DNA from: Dimorphilus gyrociliatus
Taxonomy: Eukaryota; Animalia; Annelida
Reading direction: 5' to 3'
Assembly: GCA_904063045.1 (NCBI GenBank)
Contig: CAJFCJ010000006.1
Coordinates: forward strand, 3,426,408 to 3,490,407
Length of the DNA stretch: 64,000 bases
A program made the translations under genes and the position numbers. Position 1 is the stretch's first letter. Every line of letters begins with the position of its first letter. Shown here piece by piece: positions 1-10,673 of the stretch. The notes beneath the pieces were generated by a model. That model saw only the letters and a list, made by a program, of their open reading frames with translations. It searched no databases and was not told where the DNA came from.

Positions 1-1764
1 TATTCGCCCAGCGTCATGATTACAACGTTGATCCGAATCAAGTGAGTAGGAAATTGTTTACTGCGAAGACAACGGAGACGTTGATCGATATTTAGACGCC
101 TTAAGAATGACGTCGCTGTAGATCGAATACAAAGACCGGCATTCCTAATGAGCTTTTCTCTTACTCTCTGTCACTGTCGCTCCAATGTTTTATTTTAACT
201 ATGAGAGTAATCAAATTCCCTTATTTTTAGCTACTTTTCTTTCTGTTTTTATTCGTGTATACCTTTAAGCTCCAATTCGTTAACAGGAACTTCTAGCATT
301 AGGTTGGAGTAATACGATATCTTCCTTCTTTAATTGCTATGCTTGCTGCGCTTCCTTGTCGAGGAGTAGTGTTCAAGAATCAGTGGGTGGAAAGACACAG
401 GTGAACCATACATAATAGTCATTAATAAGTCAACAAAGATATACTAAAATATTAATACACATCCTTATAGCTTGCTGGTTTGTTCTCGTGTGCATTAATT
501 CTAATAGTCCTACTAGCCGCTGGTCCACTTTTTCAGCCATTACCAAAAGTATGCAATGATATATTCGAATACTAATCGTTTATTAATTAATAACAAAAAT
601 TAATTATGTTTATGTCTTTCAAATTTACCTTTTATTTCTTTCTATCAAGTGTGTTCTCGCATCCATCATAGTCGTTGCTATCAAGAGCCTATTCAGTCAA
701 TTTAAAGAACTAAAGCCTCTGTGGAAGACCTGCAAATACGACTTTGTAATTTGTTTTATTTTTATTAATCCTTGCCATTTCCGTTTTTCAATCTATAGTC
801 TTTTTTTTTCTATTCTTTCGTGAAATTAATTTTTCTTTTTTTTACTCTTATTTCCACATACTCAACGAATAGTTGGTTTGGATTGTGGCCTTTGTCGGAG
901 TCGTTATCTTGGACGTGGACATTGGTTTAGGTTTAGGAGTCATGTTCTCCCTACTAACAGTCGCATTTCGGTCTCATTATTCAAAAGTTCGAATTTTGGG
1001 AGTTGTTCCTGGCTCGGAATTGTATACAGATTTTAATGATACAAAAACTGTAGAAGAACTTCCAGGATTAAAGATATTGAAATTAGAGAATCCGTTAAAT
1101 CATATAAGCAGCCAACCATTTAAAAGTAGAGTTTATCATTTATCTGGAATAAACCCGGAAAAAAAGAAGAAAGAAGTATTAAGGAAACCGACAGCGTCAA
1201 CTACGGATGATAAACAGGTAATAAATCAACATTAATTCTATGTTGGTAATTAATCAGGATTTTCGAAGGATTCTATCACAGCGGAACTAGCTGAGAATGG
1301 TTTATCAGAGGCGGATGCACTGCACAGAAATAGCTTAAAAACAATTATTTTCGATTGTTCCGCAATTGCACACATGGATTCTGCCGGTCTTCATTGTCTC
1401 CTAAATGTAAGTAACCTATTTCATTAGAACAGAAAAACCACTTAAGACAATAAAACACATTTACATATCCGATTCATTTTCGTTTAGTTAATGAATGATT
1501 ACAAAGCCGTCGATATAACCGTTTTGTTGGCTTGTTGCACAAGTACGTTTGATTATGATTAATATGTATTTTTTAATTGTAACAAATATGATCATATGTT
1601 TACAAGGTCCGACTAGAAACATGCTGCGAACTGTTGAATCTCTATGGGATGACTGGCGACATCTGGTATTTAATACTGTACACGATGCCGTTTTGTTTCA
1701 TTATTATGGGAGAGAAACTGAAAAGTTGGAAGTTCACGTTCGATCAAGCAATACAAATGTGTAG
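1..1764 (+). CDS. SLC26/SulP anion transporter (prestin/SLC26A5-like), 3' part; 5' end lies outside the window
   Basis: Spliced exons give FAQRHDYNVDPNQ|ELLALGWSNTISSFF...SLSRSSVQESVGGKTQ|LAGLFS...GPLFQPLPK|CVLASIIVVAI, then a STAS domain (KTIIFDCSAIAHMDSAG, VFNTVHDAV). Stop at 1764. One acceptor (1257 or 1268) is uncertain. Confidence 0.9.
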
Positions 1765-1817
1765 GCGAACACATTTATATCTATTTTTCTTAGAAAAAGA
1801 TAGTGAATCTCTTCAAG

Positions 1818-1833
1818 CCCCCCCCCCCCCCCC
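1818..1833. repeat. C16 homopolymer (G16 on the minus strand) just 3' of the SLC26 stop
   Basis: Direct reading of the sequence. Confidence 0.9.
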
Positions 1834-3000
1834 ACTCCTCACACCCTTATTCTTCTTTCCCTTTTCTCTAATGTACATTTCAAACAAAAATAATTGAATG
1901 TTTTCCTTCTACCCTTCTATATTTTGTACATATTTCTTTCAGGTAAACTTATGAAAGTTGCATCCCTAATATATCTATATAAGTATAGATATACCTAGAT
2001 ATAATTAGCATATTCTAGCGTAATATTCAAAAAGAATTCCATACTTATCTATTACTTTTTATTTTTGTTATGATAAAATATTTTGACTTTCAAAGAATAT
2101 TTTATTATCAAAGTTGTTAGGATTAAAAAAAACAAAAAGTAGTTTTCGTAGAAACTAATGCTTCTTAATTATTCGAAGAAAAGAAAACAAAAGTATTCGA
2201 TAGCAGACGACGCTAATAATTATATATACATATAAATTTATATAAATATATAAAATAAGAACGTCTTTTTTGTTACAGAATTAATCCTTCTTAAAAACTG
2301 TTGAGAAGCTTTTTTCTATAATAAAAAAAGAGAACGAAATTCCAGAGATATCTTAAGAAAGTTAGAAATTTTACATACTGTAAACTATAAAAACAATTTG
2401 AGATGGATTTTATCTATCTAATCTATTTCGCAGTGGTTACAAACCTATCAAAATCATAGATTAAACTAAAAGAACTTAGTTATCAGTAGATATTGGATAT
2501 GCATGAAGAATTATTTTGTATTATTATTAAAATTTTAAGGTGTCAACTTTCATAAGACCTGGATTATATTTGTAGTTCTATCTATGTGGTATATATATTA
2601 TATATATAAGGATATATATATATATATATAAGATACTTCGTTTTTTTCAGAAGTGACATGCAAACTTGAAGCACAATGAATTGTTGATTTTAGGTATGAT
2701 TCATATAGTGATACAATAGTATTCCTGCATGACCGTTCTGCATTAGGATTAGTTTAATAGGAATTTTGTTGTTATATACAGTATCTAATTCAGAAAATGC
2801 TTTGTTAAGTGAAAAAAAAATAATAGGTCAAGGTATATAGATTTTATTTCAGAACGGATTAAAATTGCCGTTTTGTTTTATTTTCTTTTTTTTATGTTTT
2901 AATTTTTTCTTTTTTGCTTGTTTTACAAAATACTAAAATAGGTAATAAATAGAGCAAACAAAAAAAAAAGAGAGAGAGAGAGAATGAAATGCATAACAAT

Positions 3001-3822
3001 TCACCAAAAAAATTTAGTGTTAGCAAAATTATCTTTCACAAAAGTTGCCCAATTATCCGTACTCAATCTTCGACAATGAAGTTTCTCTGTTGCGTGCCGG
3101 AGTACAGCGAACCATTTGCTGTTATGTAAAAAGAAAAATAAGAAATATCGTAAATTGTTATTCAATATTAAATTATCGTATGGAAATTTTTCTCCCGAAA
3201 AATTGTTGTTTACCTCGAGTGCACAATACGACCAACTAACTTCACGTCATTTTCAAAAGCTTTGCATAAGCGTTTCTGTTTTGTTGCGCATTCAAATATG
3301 ATATTCTTCAGTCTTTTTTTCATGTGTGAATGCATGCATGGTCCTTTCCAGCTGGAAAGCTGCGATGCTTTTTTAGTAGTGCACGATTTCGTTGTCGTAA
3401 GCCAGTTGTTTACCTATTTACGAATTAAAAATAATATGCAAATAAGCTGTGTTCTTCGGAAAAATAAAGTTGATAATCTATTTTTAGAGTTATTTTCCTT
3501 TATTTTTACTACAAGTACATACCAGTTTTGAAGTCGAATGACTATGGTCGAAGATCTCATTAAATAATCTTATGCCACAATTGCCCCTGCGGTCATTCCT
3601 AGGTCGAACTTTTTTGTACCAAGAGAAAGAAGTTGAAAGATTATCGGAAAAGAAAAAACGAAAGAAGATAAATGATAAATTAGATAAATAGGATCAAACA
3701 AGTTACTTACTTTTAGCTAAGGATTTAGTTTTTCTCCCATCAATAGACGCTACTATAAGGGCGGCGAAAACTAAAGCAGAAGCTATAGCTTTACCGGTAT
3801 CCATAGCCGAATTCAAACGCAT
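3001..3822 (-). CDS. Orphan secreted protein, 171 aa, 4 exons, 6 Cys; missed by the ORF track
   Basis: Exons 3822-3711, 3608-3523, 3413-3214 and 3118-3001 join through GT-AG introns (phases 1, 0, 2) into one open frame ending in TGA. The N-terminus has a signal-peptide-like segment, MDTGKAIASALVFAALIVASIDG. The exon 2 acceptor is AAG, weaker but the first AG after the pyrimidine tract. Confidence 0.75.
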
Positions 3823-4504
3823 TAAAAAATGGCCAGACGAATCAGCGACAAGGCTAAAGATCGAATCACGTGTATCCCGAATGATCTTGTAGTAAACAAC
3901 TCTGAACGGAGCTTAGGTAAAAAGGGCAACTAATAAATTTCCATATCAACTACACGTTTTAACACGTTTGTCTTCCTAGAATCTTTAGAAAATTGGTTGT
4001 TTACTTTTATATTTACAAAATGCCTATTAGTAATGTACTTCTTCAAGTTCATATTTCGTAGATAGCTTGATCCTATCAGCCAGGGCAGTGTCATGTTTAC
4101 TATAATTAATACTTGATTACTCCCTTTATTATTCAAAGCAGGGGATTTAAAGTTCATTAATCATTTAAAGACTGGTGAAAAGAGTGCGCTGTAAACAGAG
4201 CAAAAAAGTGTGGCTGTACACTTAAGATTTGTACTTTCAAACTTCGTTTATTTTTTGCACTGATTTCCCTTTTATAACAATAGTTGACTTAAACCGAGAA
4301 TAGAGGCTGTCGTTGAACTTTCATTGCGATTTAGAAAATGAAGAATTATAATCTGAATTGTAATTTGCGTGGGTTTAAACAAAATACATAATTTGTCAAT
4401 TAAAATCTTAGCTTGAAGCTTTTATTGGTAGTGACATATAACAAAATAAATAATTTAATCAACTTTTTGAAAATGTAGCGAATAAACCTAAAGAATTCCA
4501 ATTG

Positions 4505-7500
4505 TTATTTTTGTAAACAGGTCGATAGTTCTTTCCTAATTTCTTCAATCATGTTTTCTCTTGGGACTGCACGCTGTGAAAAGACACAGATTTAAGCTAA
4601 ATATAGATTAAAAAATCGGATGTTACAGACCTCCTCCCTGGTCGAAACGTTTCGCAACTTAACAATTTTCTGCTCTAACTCTGACTGTCCGATAATTACA
4701 CAAAGTGGAATTCCATTTTCTTCACAGTATTGAAATTGATTTAATAATTTCGGATTCTTCTTGTAAGATTGCTCAGTTTTAATATCAGCATCCCATAATA
4801 AAGTGCATAGTTCCATTCGCTGATCTAATAAATTCTTTTGGGCAGCAGCAACAAATACCTCAGTTTCAGTTGTTCGAACACTCAACTTCTCCCTTTTTGC
4901 CTTGGCCTCTAATATAGAGAAAATTCTCTCAACTCCAATCGACAATCCTACACAAGGAACAGTTTTTTGCTTAGCAGCAAACATTCCTACAAGATTATCG
5001 TATCGACCGCCTCCGCATACGCTACCAACACCAACAACTTCGCTGTCAGAAGATTCATTAACTTTTGTACCCAACAAGACAGCTTCATAAATAACGCCAG
5101 TATAATAATCAAGCCCCCTAGCTAAGCTCAAATCGAAAGAAACACGATCCTCCATGCCAAATAGTTGGCAATATTTCAATAATAATTTCATATCTTTTAG
5201 ACCCTCAACCGTTCTTTTATCTCCCATGAGACGCTCGTCCGCTTCTAGTTTTGAGATAAGATCTGCACCTCCTTTTAGAGAAACGTATTCACCAATAAGA
5301 TCGGCAACTTGGGGATCAAGACCTTTTTCTTCGACCATTTCCAAACGTACATCTTCCCAGAACGTCTGAAATCGAAATTATAAAAGTTTTAACATTAAAG
5401 GGTTTTTAAAAGTAAAAATGTAAAATACCTTATCTAGCTTATCAACAGCTGAACAAATGGGCCTAAATTTATCCTCGGGTACTCCGCAGGTGGCAAATAT
5501 ACCATCTAAAATTTTTCTATGGTTTACTTTCACAATATAAGGACCAACATCAAGGCCACCCAATATCTCATGGACAATTCTTAAACATTCCGCATCAGGA
5601 ACCATAGGATCAAATTGACCAGCGATATCGAAATCCTGAAATAAAAACAAGTTTAAACAGTGTTTAATGTTGTTTTTTTGTTCGCTTACGCATTGATAAA
5701 ATTCTCGATACCGCCCCCTGGTCATAGCTGGATTGTCCCTTCGGTAGACCTTGGCAATATGATATCTTTATAAGAAACAAGTTCATGGTCAGAAAAACAC
5801 TGGTTTGCATGGTTTATCACTCACCTTTTTATATTATCAATTTTATTCATAGCCACGTATCGGGCAAAAGGCACAGTTAAGTCATAACGAAGAGATAATA
5901 TTTCTCCTCCCTGATCGGCTAAATCGTATATTAATTTTGAATCTTCTCCATATTTTCCGGTTAGAGTATCTTTTAATTCGAACACAGGAGTGTCTATGGT
6001 TTCAGCCCCATGGCGTTTGAAAGTGGAAACAATAACTTGAAAGACTTTTTCCCTCAACGCCATGTCCTTCGGGCTGTAATCACGGGTACCCTATTTGCAA
6101 AAACGAAAGAAATATATAAACGAAATCGATGTAGATTCTTTTTTAATCAAATTCACTTTTTTTTTTTTTTTGTAGTTCAATTATATTTTTTTGTTTGATT
6201 TTATATATCAAAATATTTACTTTGCCAGTTTTAAGGACGAATTTTTTAGGTCCTTCTCTTTCTTGCAACTCCGACTTAAGTTTCAAGAGCTTTTGAACTT
6301 CCTCATTGATCTATTAAAAACACAATAGAAACAATTAATTACATGTTCAATTTTTAAACATAAATGACGAATTACTAAGATAATAGATATACAGTATAAA
6401 TAAATAAATAAAAATTGAGAAAAAACTTTTGCATTGTCCATTTTTCGATTCTCACCTGAGGGATAGTTCGTCTAGAGAAGAAACGAACACTACGTACGAT
6501 ACTAATCATATTTGTAAAGTCTGTAAGAGAAAAATAACTAAATGGAAAGAAAAATAAGCAATTTTTTTAAAGACAATGCAAAATTTTTTTCTGCTACTCC
6601 AGTAAAAATGTCGAACCTTTTGTTTGAAACCACACGGTTTTTGAACACGAAGTAGTTGAATACCTTCTCCTATTTTGACTAGTTCTCTATATAAATTATA
6701 TTGTTGGTTGAAAATGGCATCATATTGGGCGATATATTCATATTTTTCTTTCTGAATATTCTCAAAACAAGAATTTCGCAGATCTACAACCGGCGCCATC
6801 GCTATCCAACTAAGTGAAAACGAACACTTCTACTCCACGTTTTATAGTCCGTATGTTAATTAATTCTAAGAATTTGTTAAAAACTTTTCCTCAAAATTGA
6901 GCACTATTAGCAAAATGACAGTATCTCTGTTCGAGTTCGATCAAAAGAATGAAGATAGTAGAAAACGCAACGACTTTTTATCGCATTTAAGATTTCATCA
7001 TCCATTCTGACAAGCACATGGTGGCGCTCGATATCATTTCTATAGCATGAGCATTATATTATATAGGTCTTTCGACTGATTTAAAGTTGCGTCATGCTCA
7101 TACGTTAACCTAGTAAAACACGAGTTTGACATATTTTATTTCAGATAAAAACGATTACAAGTCACTTATTGGCTTCACTTGCGAAAAGAAAGTGAGCTTC
7201 ATGTAAACAATTCCGTATCGCTTACAAAGATAGCAAATTTCTTAAATAAATAAGATAATTTTAAATAAGCGACGACTTTTATTAACAAATCACAGATAAA
7301 GAATAATCGTAAAGAATACAAAATTTCTAAATTCTATATATAGACTTATTTAAAATTGGTTTTTATCTCAAATAACATACGTTGTCGAGAGATGGCATCG
7401 CTGTAAATTTTTAAAGGAAGCGGTTTAAATTGAAATTAAACATATGCCTGATGCCACAACCGACAAATTGAAGTTATGAAAAACATTAATATTTACTCTT

Positions 7501-8275
7501 CATGTGTATACAGAATACAAAAAGTAATTATTTAACATTTTTTCTATTTATCTTATTAATTATAAAACTAGCACCTGCTCCAGAGTTAATAACTCTTTTC
7601 TTTTAAAATTAAGATACAATTGACTAGCAATGTTATCTACTATTTAATATATCTTTAATCTAGCTTAAAAACTACTACTGAGGATGTTCATGATAAGTGG
7701 AACAATTCTTTTTTTTTCATTTCATCCATACACTCACACACACACTCAAAATTCAAAGTTCAATGGTTATAAGGAACATTTCTTGGATTACTGATCGTAT
7801 CTCTTTCAACAAATGCGGCTATGAGTGATAGGTTCAATTGAAAGAGACGTACTCTAACTGATCTGATGTCCGTGTACGGCTTTTTTAGCATTTATCAAAG
7901 TCTCATAATGAAATTACGCTATGGCCTGTAAAAGTAATTTTAAATATTGGACAGCAAAGAAGAGCATACTGATCTGATTTCATTTCGTACAAATGTTAAA
8001 TTCAATTTCAGTAATTCGATAACTCTTTAAACTTGATTTTTGACAACATAGTTAGAGTATATGTCTATAAGAGAATGATGCAATATGCCGCATGGTTTCA
8101 AAAGGTTAGCCATTTATACAGATAGTAGGTGATTTATTGAAAAAATACTCAAACTCAATTAAAGATCATAACATACTTGTTCAATTGGTGCTTTTTCTCC
8201 TTTTAATTTTCTTACTAAATTACCCTGTTCAGTAATTCTTTTCTCAAGATCGGTGTCACGTCTAGCATCCGCCAT
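4505..8275 (-). CDS. HARS1: Histidyl-tRNA synthetase, single gene with alternative first exons
   Basis: WHEP domain split between exon 8275-8177 ([33 protein letters not shown]) and the exon starting at 6310 ([12 protein letters not shown]...FVLKTGK|GTRDY). Class II motifs [34 protein letters not shown] and GGGRYD. Anticodon-binding domain; stop at 4505. Confidence 0.97.
6456..6509 (-). other. Alternative HARS exon encoding a mitochondrial-targeting-like peptide ([18 protein letters not shown])
   Basis: 18 codons, Arg/Ser-rich with no acidic residues. Its phase-0 donor CAG|gtgag is in frame with the acceptor at 6310. Confidence 0.8.
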
Positions 8276-8702
8276 GTTTATCCGGGAAACCTGGCTTACG
8301 CAAGTTTTATTCAATGTCAAAATGAAAGAAATTTTATATTTGCTTTTTATAAAAAAAATATTATTCTACTTATTTTTAAGATTTTGATTTAGAAAATCTT
8401 TTAAAAAATATTTTTTTTTTATGAACTTCCGTTTTCCTAACTAAGGTCAATTTTCAAGGTCATTTTATTTGCGGCAGTTTCTTCGAATAAACTGGGAATC
8501 TGCTTTAACTATTTGGGTATTTAAAGGTTAATGCATATATTTTTAAAGGGCAGATAACATCTTTCGATTAGATGCGAACCTAGCGAATCATTTCACATTA
8601 ATATTTATTATTTCTCACCTATTCCCGAAATATACACCAATTTTCCGTTTAATTAAGTAATATAAAGAAGGACTACGTTTCTATTTCAGCTACTAGAAAA
8701 AT

Positions 8703-10598
8703 ATGGCTACAGGTTTATTGTTCAGAGCAGGCACTTCATTACTTAGACCTTGTGCCAGGAGTCTACCTGCCTCCCATCCTGCAACATTCTTCAACTTGGG
8801 TACAATACAATCAGTGACCATAAATCGTCTTCAACTAGACAAACAGGAAAAATTAACTTTTGTTGACTACAAGAAAAGGACTTTGTCATCATTATCTCTA
8901 AGCTCATTGGTGAAATCATGTCCACCAGCATATCAGCCGTATTTGAATCTAATAAGATTCGATAAACCTATCGGAACTTGGCTGTTATTCCTGCCATGCA
9001 CCTGGGCAATTGCTCTCTCAACACCGGCAGGCTCGCTGCCTAGTTTATACATGCTGGGCGTATTCGGATTGGGTTCTTTTTTGATGAGATCATCTGGTTG
9101 CATAGTAAATGATCTTTGGGATAGGGACTTCGATAGGCAGGTAGAAATGAAAATATTCGGCAGCTGTTTCTTTTTTAAAGTTCTGCATCTAATAGGATCA
9201 TGACCTTAAAATGCCTTGCAGGTAGCTCGCACTAAAAGTAGACCTTTGGCAAGTGGAGATTTGTCGTCTTTCCAAGCTCTTTGCTTTCTAGGCCTAAACC
9301 TCAGCGCTGCACTAGCAATATTACTTTCCTTTAACTTGTATACGTAAGTTTTTAATTTATTTATCTATTCTTTCTTTCCTTTTTATAAAAGATTTTTATT
9401 GTTTACAGAATTAAATTGGGATTTCTAGCAATGGTTCCTGTTATTCTATACCCCTTGGCGAAACGGTTTACCTACTGGCCTCAGGCCGTGTTAGGTAGGA
9501 AATCATTGAGAGAATTATTAAATAATAATCGTCGTATATAGTATCGATATCTTACTCTTTTCGTTTGTTTAAATTTTAGTGTTAGAAAGCAGGAGCGTTT
9601 AAAAAAGTTCATTAGCGTAATATATACAATTTACAGGCTGTACTCTAAACCTGGGCGTACTGATATCTTGGAGCGCCATACACGCTTCACTAACATCTCC
9701 CGCCATTCTCCTTTACACGAGCAGTATTCTGTGGACGATGTTTTACGACTCAGTTTATGCGCATCAGGTCAGATCGATAGAGAACCAAAGATGGCGCCTA
9801 TAATTAAACTTTTTTTAAAAGAAAATAAAAACTAATACTTCAGCTAAAAAATTTCCGTATAAGAAAGTCAAAAATAATCAGACATGAAAATTTCTCTTTA
9901 ATTTCCGCAGGAGTTACTTTCAATTGGGGATGCATGATGGGATGGTCAGCAACCCACGGAACTTGCCTTTGGTCAGCTGTTTTGCCTTTATACTTTGCAG
10001 GATTTTCCTGGACAATTCTTTATGATACAATTTACGCCCATCAGGTTTCATTTCATTTTGCTTTTACAAATTGGCGCCATTTTTGGGAGTAATAGCGGGG
10101 GTGTTTTCACCCACGCAACATCCCCCTTATCATTTCTCTTAAATTAATGACAATTATCAAATGTCTAAAATTTCTATTTCTTTTGTATAAATATAAATAG
10201 GATAAAGAAGATGATGCTTTAATTGGTGTCAAATCTACGGCCTTATTATTCGGGGATAAGTCGAAGATCTGGCTAACAGGGTTTGCAGGGGTGATGATTA
10301 GTGGCTTAGTAGCGACTGGAGTCGTGTGCAATCAGACGTGGCCGTATTTTGCAGGGGTCTGCGCCGTAGGCGCTCATTTGGCATGGCAAGTAAGTGAATA
10401 ATTTAACGGAAGACGAATGAAAAGCCAAGTGCAATTATTCCCTCTCAGATAGGTACTGTTCGGCTAGACGTTAATGATGATTGTGCAGCGAAATTTCGCT
10501 CCAACAAGTCACTCGGCCTTCTGCTATTCGCTTCCATTATGCTAGGCAATTTAATGAAGGAGGAAGAAAAAGCGGACAATTTAGAAGAAACTAAATGA
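8703..10598 (+). CDS. COQ2: 4-hydroxybenzoate polyprenyltransferase (UbiA family) with a pair of mutually exclusive exons
   Basis: Exons 8703-9140, 9222-9343, 9409-9494, [9637-9767 or 9911-10044], 10201-10389 and 10449-10598. Motifs [59 protein letters not shown] and GVKSTAL. The N-terminus resembles a mitochondrial presequence. Confidence 0.97.
9637..9767 (+). other. COQ2 alternative exon A (divergent, rhodoquinone-type candidate), 131 nt
   Basis: tacag|GC...CATCAG|gtcaga; encodes (G)[43 protein letters not shown]. Confidence 0.9.
9785..10086 (+). promoter_or_regulatory. Complementary intronic pair flanking COQ2 exon B (candidate splicing-regulatory RNA duplex)
   Basis: 9785-9798 CCAAAGATGGCGCC pairs with 10073-10086 GGCGCCATTTTTGG: 14 contiguous bp, 13 Watson-Crick plus 1 G.U. 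Confidence 0.7.
9911..10044 (+). other. COQ2 alternative exon B (canonical ubiquinone-type), 134 nt
   Basis: ccgcag|GA...CATCAG|gtttca; encodes (G)[44 protein letters not shown]. Confidence 0.95.
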
Positions 10599-10673
10599 TT
10601 GTATTGTAATAAATGAGAAAATTGTTTCCTGTTTTTCTTACTACGATTCTGTCAAATAATGATTATGAGGATG

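Noticed and set aside
3045-4157. ORF-track calls 3045-3239, 3116-3301, 3262-3531 (+) and 3930-4157 (-)
   Set aside because: The plus-strand ORFs are antisense to the spliced secreted-protein gene. The minus-strand ORF has no splice or motif support.
7230-7245. ATTTGCTATCT resembling the U24 snoRNA guide
   Set aside because: The D box (CTGA) that should follow is absent and there is no matching C box.
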